Part shown: one piece after another, positions 11,487-20,957 of the stretch
How the letters are laid out: every line of letters begins with the position of its first letter
Numbering within the stretch: the first letter of the stretch is position 1
Origin: Fidelibacterota bacterium
Lineage (GTDB): Bacteria; Fidelibacterota; Marinisomatia; Marinisomatales; UBA1611
Direction: 5' to 3'
Assembly: GCA_018692355.1 (NCBI GenBank)
Contig: JABHKE010000023.1
Span: 1-57,759, forward strand
DNA length: 57,759 nt
Made by a program: the position numbers and the translations under genes
The notes under the pieces: model-generated
Told to the model about the DNA's origin: nothing
Database searches by the model: none
Seen by the model: the letters and a program-made list of their open reading frames with translations, nothing else

Positions 11487-12094
11487 TTAAAGTCGGCGTA
11501 TTAGAATTACAGGGCGATTTTGCCCTGCATCACCGTGTTTTTTCCAGGCTCAATATTGAATCTGTTCCTGTGAAAGTACCACTAGATTTAGAATCAGTTG
11601 ATGGGCTGGTGATTCCCGGAGGCGAATCCACGACTCTATCATTGTTGATTGATTCTTTTGACTTACGACAACCGCTCATTAATTTTGGGAAGGACCACCC
11701 CGTTATGGGGACATGTGCTGGACTCATTATGATGGCTAAAGATGTGCCAGATGAGCGTGTTAATCCATTAGGTTTCCTTAATATTTGCGTGGACCGAAAT
11801 GCCTATGGCCGTCAAATAGAATCATCCACAGAAATGGTAAAATATCATTTTAATTCAAATACGGAAATTGAGTTTGCCACAACTTTGATTCGTGCACCAA
11901 AGATCTCTGAAATGGGAGATGATATACAAGTAATTGGAGAATTTAAGGGGTCCCCCGTTGCTGTGATCTCCGGGCATCATCTTGGGTTGTCGTTTCACCC
12001 GGAATTAGATGATATTGACCTTTTTCATCAAATCTTATTTGATCCATCCAGCAACGTTTATACCAAAAATTTAAATCAGATTTATGCAACTTAA
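11486..12094 (+). CDS. pdxT: Pyridoxal 5'-phosphate synthase, glutaminase subunit (non-canonical start likely)
   Basis: Class I glutamine amidotransferase (GTCAG nucleophile elbow, FHPE). The frame is open from 11459 and encodes the conserved N-terminal KVGVLELQG before the first ATG/GTG/TTG at 11570. ATT 11486 or CTG 11480 therefore probably initiates, preceded by GGAAAGGGG. Confidence 0.8.
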   Translation: MKVGVLELQGDFALHHRVFSRLNIESVPVKVPLDLESVDGLVIPGGESTTLSLLIDSFDLRQPLINFGKDHPVMGTCAGLIMMAKDVPDERVNPLGFLNICVDRNAYGRQIESSTEMVKYHFNSNTEIEFATTLIRAPKISEMGDDIQVIGEFKGSPVAVISGHHLGLSFHPELDDIDLFHQILFDPSSNVYTKNLNQIYAT

Positions 12095-14009
12095 TTATTT
12101 ACCAAATATAAAATCTCCTGAAGATATTCGGGGGTATTCAAACGAAGAACTCCACGAACTCTGTGATGAACTTCGAAACTATACCATTGATACCATAACT
12201 CAGATCGGTGGGCATCTGGCGCCGACTCTGGGTGTGATCGAAATCACGGTTGCACTCCATTATGTTTATAACACGCCAAATGATAAATTGATCTGGGATG
12301 TGGGGCACCAGGGCTATGCCCATAAATTATTAACAGGAAGATATGATGATTTTCCAACGATTCGAAAATTCAAAGGATTGAGTGGATTTTTAAAGCGGTC
12401 CGAAAGTGACTATGATGCGATAGGTGCGGGACATGCCTCCACATCCATTTCTTCTGCTCTGGGTATCGCAGAAGGCCGCCACCAAAATAAAGATGATTTT
12501 CGTGTTGCTGCTATTATTGGTGATGGGTCCATGACTGGCGGACTGGCTTTTGAAGGAATCAATAACGCAGGCCATTTAGGGCGGCAACTCCTCGTTATTC
12601 TGAATGATAATGAAATGTCCATTAGCCCTAATGTAGGCGCTATTTCAACTTATTTTACACGTTTGATCTCCAATCCACTTTATAACCGAATCCGAAATGA
12701 GTTTTGGGATCTCACGGGTAAATTACCTCTGGCAAAATCAACTACCCGATCCTTGATCAAGAAAGTAGAAGAAAGTCTTAAAAGATTAATCGTACCAGGT
12801 ATCCTTTTTGATGAATTGGGTTTCAGATATTTTGGACCCATTGATGGTCATGATCTGGATGAGGTCCTTCATACTCTGGAAAATATTAAAGATATCCAGA
12901 AACCGGTATTGCTCCACGTATTAACAAAAAAAGGGAAAGGCATGGTTTCCATGAATGTTGAAAGTCGTGAGTATCATGACGATGCGGTGAAATATCATGC
13001 GGTGAAACCTAATGGTAAACGTCCTTACAAAATTGAAAAAGATATACCCAAATCGAATGCTCCTATTTTCCAAGATGTATTTGGAAAATTATCCTGTGAA
13101 ATCGCCCGGAACCGGGAAGATACAGTGTGTGTTACGGCGGCTATGCGAGAAGGGACCGGACTTGTCCCCTATTCCAAAGAATTCCCGGATAGATATTATG
13201 ATGTTGGTATTGCTGAAGGTCATGGTGTAACATTTTCAGCTGGGTTGGCTACAGAGGGAATCCGCCCCATTGTAGCTATTTATTCTACATTTTTACAGCG
13301 AGCATATGATCATATCATACACGATTGTGCTATCCAGCATCTTCCTGTCATCTTTTGTATGGATCGTTCCGGCATTGCCGGTGAAGATGGCCCCACACAC
13401 CACGGTGCCCTTGATCTTGCTTATTTGAGATGTATTCAAAATATGATTGTTACAGCCCCAAAAAGTGGCAATGAATTCAGACATCTCCTATACACTGCAC
13501 TGAATATAAAAGGTCAACCCATTTCTATTCGTTATCCCAAAGCAAGCTCCGTGGAATTTGATGAAAATGGTCAGGCAGAAATGCTGCCCATTGGATCATG
13601 GGAAGTGGAACAGCGTGGATCGGATGTGGCCATTCTGGCTGTAGGCCCCATGGTTTACACCGCTCTGGATGCGGCAAAACAAATCGCTTCAATGGGGATT
13701 ACATGCGAAGTGGTGAATTGCAGATTCATTAAACCCATGGATACAGCATACTTGGATTCTATTAAGAAAAAATTCGCAAAGATCATTACATTGGAGGAAG
13801 GGACGACCACAGGTGGTTTTGGTGATGGTGTCGCCGGATGGCTTTTGGAAAATGGGTTTCAGGGGCAGTTTAAGAAACTTGGATTGCCAGATAACTTTGT
13901 AGAACATGGCTCCCGTGATCAGATATTGACAATGCTGGGACTGGATGTTGATGGTGTCGCCCAATCAATTCGTAATTTTGTTGGTGAAAAGGACTCCGTT
14001 CCCGTTTAA
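12084..14009 (+). CDS. dxs: 1-deoxy-D-xylulose-5-phosphate synthase
   Basis: 641 aa with the TPP motif GDGSMTGG...NDN and a transketolase-like middle and C-terminal part. Confidence 0.95.
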   Translation: MQLNYLPNIKSPEDIRGYSNEELHELCDELRNYTIDTITQIGGHLAPTLGVIEITVALHYVYNTPNDKLIWDVGHQGYAHKLLTGRYDDFPTIRKFKGLSGFLKRSESDYDAIGAGHASTSISSALGIAEGRHQNKDDFRVAAIIGDGSMTGGLAFEGINNAGHLGRQLLVILNDNEMSISPNVGAISTYFTRLISNPLYNRIRNEFWDLTGKLPLAKSTTRSLIKKVEESLKRLIVPGILFDELGFRYFGPIDGHDLDEVLHTLENIKDIQKPVLLHVLTKKGKGMVSMNVESREYHDDAVKYHAVKPNGKRPYKIEKDIPKSNAPIFQDVFGKLSCEIARNREDTVCVTAAMREGTGLVPYSKEFPDRYYDVGIAEGHGVTFSAGLATEGIRPIVAIYSTFLQRAYDHIIHDCAIQHLPVIFCMDRSGIAGEDGPTHHGALDLAYLRCIQNMIVTAPKSGNEFRHLLYTALNIKGQPISIRYPKASSVEFDENGQAEMLPIGSWEVEQRGSDVAILAVGPMVYTALDAAKQIASMGITCEVVNCRFIKPMDTAYLDSIKKKFAKIITLEEGTTTGGFGDGVAGWLLENGFQGQFKKLGLPDNFVEHGSRDQILTMLGLDVDGVAQSIRNFVGEKDSVPV

Positions 14010-14012
14010 AAA

Positions 14013-15734
14013 TTGAATTCTTTATTTCTAGCACTCATTGGACTCATCCTGTTTGGACTGGGTTATCGGTTTTACGCAACTTATATCTCAACTAAAATAT
14101 ATTCTCTACAGGATTTTACAGGAGATGTTCCGGCAAAAGAGTTCCAAGATGGAATAGATTTCGTACCAACTAAAAAGGAGATTCTTTTTGGGCATCACTT
14201 TACATCTATAGCGGGTGCAGCGCCTATTATTGGCCCCTGTATCGCAGCCTTCTGGGGATGGTTACCGGCTATGCTTTGGATCGTTTTGGGAACCATTTTT
14301 ATGGGTGCCGTTCACGATTTTGGTGCGCTTGTAGTATCTGTCCGGGAAAAAGGGAAGACGATTGCAGATATTACCGGAACCATTATCAACAAGCGTGTAA
14401 AAACCATGTTCCTGATTTTTGTCATGATGTTAAGTTGGCTGGTGTTGGCTGTTTTTGCCATGGCAATTGCAGGACTTTTTGTGAGTATTCCTACAGCAGT
14501 CCTGCCTGTAAATATTGAAATAATTATTGCACTCGCCGTTGGATTTCTACTATATCGAAAAAAAGTGGATGCTTTGATTCCCTCGATCATTGCCTTAATT
14601 CTGCTTTATGTTTTTGTATATATTGGATCTTTCACACCACTTTCATTCGAAGCCCTTGGAATGGATCAAGCCTCCCAATCTACTCTCTGGATCATTTTAC
14701 TATTTATTTACTCCGGGATTGCCAGCCTTCTCCCGGTTTGGTTTTTACTTCAGCCACGGGATTACATAAACAGTCATCAATTGATTGTTGGTTTGGCCTT
14801 GATCTTTATGGGAATAGCCATTGCTCAGCCGGTTGTAGAAGCGCCCATGATAAGATCAGCAGGCGAGGGAGTTCCAAGTTTATTTCCTTTATTATTTGTG
14901 ACCATCGCCTGTGGAGCTATTAGTGGATTTCATGGATTGGTTGCATCCGGTACCACATCAAAACAAGTATCTAATATTCAGGATACAAAAATGATCGGGT
15001 ATGGATCCATGCTTGGAGAAGGGACATTGGCTTTGGCTTCCACCATTGCGGCAGTGGCGGGAATTTCTTTAGTTACAAATTGTAATCTACCTTCTATAGG
15101 CGCTGTAGATAATCTTAATTGGAATATTTATTATGATACCTGGGCTCATGCAACCACCAATAAAGCAACAGCTTTCGTATTAGGTGGAGGTGCTTTGATT
15201 CAGTCTCTGGGAATTCCACCAATACTTGCTAAAACGATCATGGCTGTATTGGTCATTTCATTTGCCGCAACAACTTTAGATACAGCAACAAGAATTCAAC
15301 GATTTATTCTCACAGAAGTGGCCCAAACCATTGATATCCCGTTATTGAAAAATCGTTATATTGCCACATTAGTGGCCATTCTGCCGGCACTAGCGCTGAC
15401 CTTATGGAATGTTGCTGATCCTGTGTCTGGTGAATCAACACAGGCAGGTTGGGTATTGTGGCCCATTTTTGGCGCATCTAACCAAATGTTGGCAGCTTTG
15501 ACCTTAATGATGCTATCCATCTATTTTTGGAAAAAAAATAAACCCGTTTTGCCGCTGATCATCCCTTTTATTTTCATTACTATAACCACACTCACATCTC
15601 TGGCAGTAAATGCCCAATCCTTCGTCGGGAACAATCGACTTTTATTAGTGATAGATGGTATATTAGCCACCCTGATTTTATGGATGTTATATGAAGGTTG
15701 GACAATTTTCAGAACTGGAAGGTTACAAAAGTAA
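14013..15734 (+). CDS. cstA: Carbon starvation protein A family peptide/pyruvate transporter
   Basis: 573-aa polytopic protein with a CstA-like N-terminus (GYRFY..., HFTSIAGAAPIIGP). TTG start. Confidence 0.85.
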   Translation: MNSLFLALIGLILFGLGYRFYATYISTKIYSLQDFTGDVPAKEFQDGIDFVPTKKEILFGHHFTSIAGAAPIIGPCIAAFWGWLPAMLWIVLGTIFMGAVHDFGALVVSVREKGKTIADITGTIINKRVKTMFLIFVMMLSWLVLAVFAMAIAGLFVSIPTAVLPVNIEIIIALAVGFLLYRKKVDALIPSIIALILLYVFVYIGSFTPLSFEALGMDQASQSTLWIILLFIYSGIASLLPVWFLLQPRDYINSHQLIVGLALIFMGIAIAQPVVEAPMIRSAGEGVPSLFPLLFVTIACGAISGFHGLVASGTTSKQVSNIQDTKMIGYGSMLGEGTLALASTIAAVAGISLVTNCNLPSIGAVDNLNWNIYYDTWAHATTNKATAFVLGGGALIQSLGIPPILAKTIMAVLVISFAATTLDTATRIQRFILTEVAQTIDIPLLKNRYIATLVAILPALALTLWNVADPVSGESTQAGWVLWPIFGASNQMLAALTLMMLSIYFWKKNKPVLPLIIPFIFITITTLTSLAVNAQSFVGNNRLLLVIDGILATLILWMLYEGWTIFRTGRLQK

Positions 15735-15743
15735 TTTTAGACC

Positions 15744-17402
15744 ATGAGTGAACAATTAACTCTATTTCAAGATGGATTCAAGCGGTGGGAAAAGACCGCT
15801 AAATCCATGCCGACTCGTGATGCAGATTTTGATACCTTATCCGGCGAAGAACTGGATCTGTGTTACTTCCCTGATTCTCCAAATGGTGATTACATGGAGA
15901 AGATCGGATTCCCAGGGCAATTCCCATACACCCGAGGAGTCCATCCCAATTTATACCGTGGAAAACTCTGGACTATGCGCCAGTTTGCTGGATTCGGTAA
16001 ACCGGAAGAAACCAACCACCGTTTCAAAAAATTATTAGAAAAAGGACAAACCGGTCTCTCCGTAGCTTATGATATGCCCACCCTAATGGGGTACGATCCG
16101 GACCATCCTTATTCAAAAGGAGAAGTAGGGAAATGTGGCGTCAGTGTCTCTTCTCTCGCAGACATGGAAACACTTTTTGAGGGCATCAATTTGGGTGAGA
16201 TTTCCGTTTCCCAAACCATTAACGGTCCAGCCATTGTTCTCCTTGCATTTTATATTGCTGTGGCAGAAAAACAAGGTGTGCCATTGGATCAACTCCGCGG
16301 CACCCTCCAAAATGATATCTTGAAGGAATTCATTGCCCAAAAGGAATGGATCTTCCCGCCGAAACCATCCATGCGTATCATTACAGATATGCTGTCTTAT
16401 TGTACCGAACATATGCCGAAATTCAATACGATTTCCATCAGCGGCTACCACATTCGGGAAGCAGGTTCTACCGCGGCGCAGGAATTGGCATTTACTCTGG
16501 CAGATGGATTTGCTTATGTGGAACATGGCATAGAAGCAGGGTTGGATGTGGATGACTTTGCACCCCGTCTTTCCTTCTTTTTTAATTCACATTTAGATTT
16601 TTTTGAAGAAATTGCAAAATTCCGTGCTGCACGCCGAATTTGGGCCAAGCGGATGAAAAATATGTATGGGGCAAAGAGTGAACGGTCCTGGAAATTGCGC
16701 TTCCATACCCAAACGGCAGGATGCAGTCTTACTGCTCAACAACCTGAGATCAATATTGCTCGTACTGGTTTTCAGGCTTTGGCAGGTGTCTTGGGTGGGA
16801 CGCAAAGTTTACACACCAATTCTATGGATGAAACATTGGCCTTGCCAACAGAGAAAGCAGCGGAGATTGCACTACGAACGCAACAATTGATTGCTTTTGA
16901 AACGGGTGTTGCTAACGTGGTTGACCCATTGGGTGGTTCCTGGTTTATTGAAGAACTCACAGATAAGATAGAAGAGGATGCAGAACAATATTTTCAGGAA
17001 ATTGAGAATATTGGGGGTGTGATCCCGGCTATTGAGCAAGGTTATTTCCAACGTGAGATCGCACGAGCCGCATCGGGTTATCAAGCCAAACTGGATTCTA
17101 ATCAACGTATCATGGTGGGTGTAAACCGGTTTGTTAAAGATGATGAAGAGATTGATATTCCAATCCTGGAAATCGGTGCAGAAGCAGGCGAAGGCCAACG
17201 GAAAAAATTAGCTAACATGAAAAATTCCCGTGATGAAACAAAAGTGCAGGAGACATTATTTGAGATCCAGGAAGCCTGTAAAAACGAGGACAACCTGATG
17301 CCGCCTATCATAAAAGCGGCCAAAGCATACGTGACTATGGGTGAAATTATTGTGGCCATGAAAGCAGAATTTGGTGAGTGGCAGGAAACTGCTGTTTTTT
17401 AG
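15744..17402 (+). CDS. Methylmalonyl-CoA mutase family, catalytic (large, N-terminal domain) subunit
   Basis: 552 aa with motifs [10 protein letters not shown] and TMRQFAGFG in the substrate barrel. It ends without a C-terminal DxHxxG B12-binding domain. Confidence 0.85.
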   Translation: MSEQLTLFQDGFKRWEKTAKSMPTRDADFDTLSGEELDLCYFPDSPNGDYMEKIGFPGQFPYTRGVHPNLYRGKLWTMRQFAGFGKPEETNHRFKKLLEKGQTGLSVAYDMPTLMGYDPDHPYSKGEVGKCGVSVSSLADMETLFEGINLGEISVSQTINGPAIVLLAFYIAVAEKQGVPLDQLRGTLQNDILKEFIAQKEWIFPPKPSMRIITDMLSYCTEHMPKFNTISISGYHIREAGSTAAQELAFTLADGFAYVEHGIEAGLDVDDFAPRLSFFFNSHLDFFEEIAKFRAARRIWAKRMKNMYGAKSERSWKLRFHTQTAGCSLTAQQPEINIARTGFQALAGVLGGTQSLHTNSMDETLALPTEKAAEIALRTQQLIAFETGVANVVDPLGGSWFIEELTDKIEEDAEQYFQEIENIGGVIPAIEQGYFQREIARAASGYQAKLDSNQRIMVGVNRFVKDDEEIDIPILEIGAEAGEGQRKKLANMKNSRDETKVQETLFEIQEACKNEDNLMPPIIKAAKAYVTMGEIIVAMKAEFGEWQETAVF

Positions 17403-17580
17403 GAAAAAATAATTTGGATATCCAGAGTACATTGAATAAAGATATTTATTATATATTCTTGGGAATAGCTGCGAGTCAACGAATTACTAATTTAAAATTT
17501 TTGATCAATCCACTTGTTTGGCTGGTATGTGCTATTTTTTGGAACCAACATCCGTCTTTGGCCGGCAAAGGATTAAAACC

Positions 17581-17853
17581 ATGAATTTTGTTTTTACAAT
17601 CGCCGTCATTGTGTTGTTCTCCAGTATCGTGTGGTATATGATTTCCCCACTTTTTGAAGAAGAATCAAAGGTTCCTCTAAGAATGAACCAAGGTGATCTG
17701 GATCGAAAAAAACAGGTACTGCTGCGCCAGATCAAAGAATTGGAAATGGATCACCATATCGGGAATATCTCTGATGAAGATTTCAATGGCAGCCGGTTAG
17801 CGCTTAAGCAGGAAATTTCAGAAATTATAGCAGAATTAAAAAAAGTGTTGTGA
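17581..17853 (+). CDS. Small membrane-anchored coiled-coil protein (possibly CcmI N-terminal-like)
   Basis: 90 aa from ATG 17581, with one N-terminal TM helix then a charged helical tail. Its stop overlaps the ccmA GTG (GTGA). The function assignment is weak. Confidence 0.35.
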   Translation: MNFVFTIAVIVLFSSIVWYMISPLFEEESKVPLRMNQGDLDRKKQVLLRQIKELEMDHHIGNISDEDFNGSRLALKQEISEIIAELKKVL

Positions 17854-18467
17854 ATCTCCAAGTCACTAATCTTTCCAAATCATTTTACCACTCTCCCGTT
17901 TTTCAATCCTTTTCTCTCAAAATGGAATCGGGTGAAAAGATTGGCCTTTCCGGTCCCAATGGATCGGGGAAAACCACTTTACTCAAAATGATCAGCGGTA
18001 TTATGTCTATTGATTCAGGCAAGATAAGGATTGGAGAGAATGATGTGAATCCGGATGAGCCAGACACAAGAAAAAACCTGTATTACCTGGGCCATTCCGT
18101 AGGGCTCTATCCCGGTTTAACCGGATACGAAAACCTGACATTTATTTCCGGATTATATGGGAAGATGAACCCAAATATTTCTAACGTATTGATCAAGGTA
18201 AGACTTGATTCTGCCCATGATAAATTGGTGAAATTTTATTCACAGGGCATGCTCCAACGGCTCAAACTTGCCACGGCCATAATTCTTGATCCCGATATTT
18301 TATTATTAGACGAACCTTTGACCGGATTGGATGTTGATGGAATCAAATTGTTTGAATCCGTTATAGTAGAGTGGAATGAATTGAGAAAAACCATGATCAT
18401 TGTTTCCCATAATTCTGATTGGTTGCGTACTAATACAGACCGAATTATAGAACTAAAACAATGTTGA
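17850..18467 (+). CDS. ccmA: Heme exporter ATP-binding protein CcmA
   Basis: ABC ATPase (GPNGSGKTT, YSQGMLQRL, LLLDEP) directly upstream of ccmB/ccmC. Confidence 0.8.
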   Translation: MNLQVTNLSKSFYHSPVFQSFSLKMESGEKIGLSGPNGSGKTTLLKMISGIMSIDSGKIRIGENDVNPDEPDTRKNLYYLGHSVGLYPGLTGYENLTFISGLYGKMNPNISNVLIKVRLDSAHDKLVKFYSQGMLQRLKLATAIILDPDILLLDEPLTGLDVDGIKLFESVIVEWNELRKTMIIVSHNSDWLRTNTDRIIELKQC

Positions 18468-19123
18468 TTCATTTTATACTAAAAGACTTGAAAATTGAAT
18501 GGCGATCCAAAGAGATTATAACATCTATGTTTATTTTTGGATTATCCATTACGCTGATTTTCGCCTTGGCGTTCCAAGTGGCACCGATGTTAATTCGCAC
18601 ATTTGCTCCGGGACTCTTGTGGGTAGTGATCCTGTTTACATCTGTTCTGGGGCTGAATCGTCTTTTCTCGCTGGAGCGGGAAGAACATGCCATGTGGAGT
18701 TGGACATCAGCACCAGTGGATCGTGGAACTGTTTATATATCAAAAGTTATTTCGGCACTTTTATTCGTCTTGATGTCAGAAATCTTGTTCATTGTCCCCT
18801 TTTTCATTTTCTTAAATCTACCGGCCAACTTTTCATTTTTTCAATTTGCACTTATCCTTTTTTTAGGAACTGGCGCCATCGTTTCTGTGGGTTGTTTGAT
18901 TTCAGGTATCACTTTGCAGGCAGGATTGCGTGATGTTTTGATTCCAATATTGCTATTCCCATCTGCATCGCCTGTGGCTATCGCAGCCACAAAATGTACA
19001 GGATCATTATTTGATCAAAAGCCTATGACAGAGTGGAATTTTTGGCTTCTCATTCTTGGTTCTTTCTTTGTAATCTTCGGGATGTTTGGATACTTGGTAT
19101 TTAATCGAATCGTTGAAGAATAA
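18461..19123 (+). CDS. ccmB: Heme exporter protein CcmB
   Basis: 220-aa six-TM protein between ccmA and ccmC, overlapping both. Confidence 0.8.
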   Translation: MLIHFILKDLKIEWRSKEIITSMFIFGLSITLIFALAFQVAPMLIRTFAPGLLWVVILFTSVLGLNRLFSLEREEHAMWSWTSAPVDRGTVYISKVISALLFVLMSEILFIVPFFIFLNLPANFSFFQFALILFLGTGAIVSVGCLISGITLQAGLRDVLIPILLFPSASPVAIAATKCTGSLFDQKPMTEWNFWLLILGSFFVIFGMFGYLVFNRIVEE

Positions 19124-19785
19124 TGCCCTTTTTTAATCATCGAAATAATTTAATTCATGCTGCAATAGCGATTGTACTTTCTGCCATCAATATTTATATC
19201 GTTCTCAGCTTGGAACCGCCGAACTTGGCACAAGGTATTTTTGGCAATATTTTTTATATTCATGTTCCTGTTGCCTGGACAGCATTCCTTCTTTATTTAG
19301 GTGTTATGATTTCGGGAGTTTTATTTCTTACAAAAAAGAATAAAGTATGGGATCATCGTGGCCTTGCTTTTGCGGAGGTGGGAACCATCTTCATGTTTTT
19401 GGTCTTAACCACGGGACCCATTTGGGCGAAACCGGCCTGGGGTATATTTTGGCCCTGGGAGCCCCGTCTCACTACCAGTCTAATCCTTTTCCTGATATTT
19501 CTGGGTTATTTTATGTTACGGGAATTTGGAGGAAATCCAGAACAAGTTTCTCGATATGCAGCCGTGGTTGGAATTTTGGCATTTTTAGATGTCCCTTTAA
19601 TTTTTTTATCGGTAAAGTTCTGGTTACCAGAGATGCAGTCACATCCACAAGTTGGGCAGTATTTTGACAGCGCAAATCCGCTACCAACTTATTTTTTGAT
19701 TTTCTCATTTTTATCATTATTGGTCGTGTCAAGCCTTATGATTCGCTTGCGGACAAATATTTTATCTGTGAAAGAAGCGAATTAA
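19123..19785 (+). CDS. ccmC: Heme exporter protein CcmC
   Basis: 220 aa with the Trp-rich heme-handling motif WGIFWPWEPRL and flanking His residues. Confidence 0.85.
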   Translation: MPFFNHRNNLIHAAIAIVLSAINIYIVLSLEPPNLAQGIFGNIFYIHVPVAWTAFLLYLGVMISGVLFLTKKNKVWDHRGLAFAEVGTIFMFLVLTTGPIWAKPAWGIFWPWEPRLTTSLILFLIFLGYFMLREFGGNPEQVSRYAAVVGILAFLDVPLIFLSVKFWLPEMQSHPQVGQYFDSANPLPTYFLIFSFLSLLVVSSLMIRLRTNILSVKEAN

Positions 19786-19788
19786 GTT

Positions 19789-19890
19789 ATGGAATATTTA
19801 CTTACCGTAGTTATTCTGGTTTATGGCTTAATCTCTGGATGGTTTTTTTATCAACTGAAACAACAGAATTTATCAAAAAGGAGTAAATAA
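19789..19890 (+). CDS. ccmD: CcmD-like small heme-exporter membrane protein (33 aa, below ORF-track cutoff)
   Basis: ATG 19789 lies 3 nt after the ccmC stop. It encodes MEYLLTVVILVYGLISGWFFYQLKQQNLSKRSK, one TM helix plus a basic tail, in the canonical ccmD position. Confidence 0.5.
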   Translation: MEYLLTVVILVYGLISGWFFYQLKQQNLSKRSK

Positions 19891-19892
19891 TT

Positions 19893-20957
19893 ATGGAACG
19901 AAAAATTGTTCACGTCATCGGTACGGGAACGATTGGTGAACCGCTCATCGGACTACTAAGTGATTATAGAGATCAATTGGGGATCGATGAAGTTACCTTT
20001 CATAAAAACTCGGCTCTTCGCCGGGATAGGTCTAAAGTAACCGACCTACTGCGCCGTGGTGCACGCCTATCTGTGGACGAAGGGAAAGAGCAGGAGTTTA
20101 GAAAGTTGGGAATAGATCCTGACCTTGAAACGCAAGAATCAATCAAGCGGTCATCGGTTGTAATTGACTGTACTCCTAAAGGGGTGGGTCAATCCAATAA
20201 AGTGAAGTATTATAAAAAATATTCAGATACTGTAAAAGGATTTCTAGCTCAGGGCAGTGAAGATGGATTTGGGAAAAAATATGCTCGTGGTATTAACGAC
20301 CATGCTTTGGATTCTTCAGATAAGTTCATCCAAATCGTATCGTGTAACACCCATAATATGTCCTGTATCACAAACACCTTGGCTGTGAACGAAGATCCAG
20401 ATAATCTCGTAGAAGGGAAATATGTTTGTATTCGTCGTGCGAATGATTTAAGCCAGACAGGAAGTTTTATACCGGCACCCCAAGTGGGATCACATGGAGA
20501 CGAGAAATATGGTTCGCACCATGCGGCTGATGCGGCTGGCTTATTTGCTACAATGGGAATGGATTTAAATTTGTTTTCTTCTGCCATGAAAGTAAATAGT
20601 CAATATATGCATGTCCTATGGTTCACGCTGAAAGTGAAAGAACCGACTACCCTTGCATCAGTGAAGGAGAGACTGCATAATAATGACAATGTGGCCATGA
20701 CTATGAAGGATATGACCAGTACGGTTTTTTCCTTCGGACGGGACCATGGACATTATGGACGAATCATGAATCAAACTGTTGTGGTAGAACAATCACTTCA
20801 TGTTCGGAATGATCATGAAATCACAGGTTTCTGTTTCACGCCACAGGATGGTAATTCTATCTTGAGTTCAATCTCAGCAGCAGAATGGTTGCTGTATCCA
20901 CATTCTTATGAAGATAAAATCCAGTGCCTTTCGCACCTGTTTTTTAACATCATTTGA
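19893..20957 (+). CDS. Type II (archaeal-type) glyceraldehyde-3-phosphate dehydrogenase homologue
   Basis: Rossmann motif GTGTIGEP. Blocks VVIDCTPKGVG, IVSCNTHN (catalytic Cys context), CIRRANDL and GSHHAADA are collinear with archaeal Gap as I recall it. Confidence 0.6.
   Translation: MERKIVHVIGTGTIGEPLIGLLSDYRDQLGIDEVTFHKNSALRRDRSKVTDLLRRGARLSVDEGKEQEFRKLGIDPDLETQESIKRSSVVIDCTPKGVGQSNKVKYYKKYSDTVKGFLAQGSEDGFGKKYARGINDHALDSSDKFIQIVSCNTHNMSCITNTLAVNEDPDNLVEGKYVCIRRANDLSQTGSFIPAPQVGSHGDEKYGSHHAADAAGLFATMGMDLNLFSSAMKVNSQYMHVLWFTLKVKEPTTLASVKERLHNNDNVAMTMKDMTSTVFSFGRDHGHYGRIMNQTVVVEQSLHVRNDHEITGFCFTPQDGNSILSSISAAEWLLYPHSYEDKIQCLSHLFFNII

Noticed and set aside
17378-17584. 68-aa ORF spanning the mutase-ccm intergenic region
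   Set aside because: It starts inside the mutase gene and ends just past the start of the next gene. It is AT-rich with no RBS, and the region is more plausibly a promoter or leader for the ccm cluster.
18499-18933. 144-aa plus-strand ORF in an alternative frame inside ccmB (also 19347-19667 in ccmC, 26585-26941 in cdaA, 5587-5928 in apbE)
   Set aside because: These are out-of-frame overlaps with well-supported genes and have no independent coding signal.
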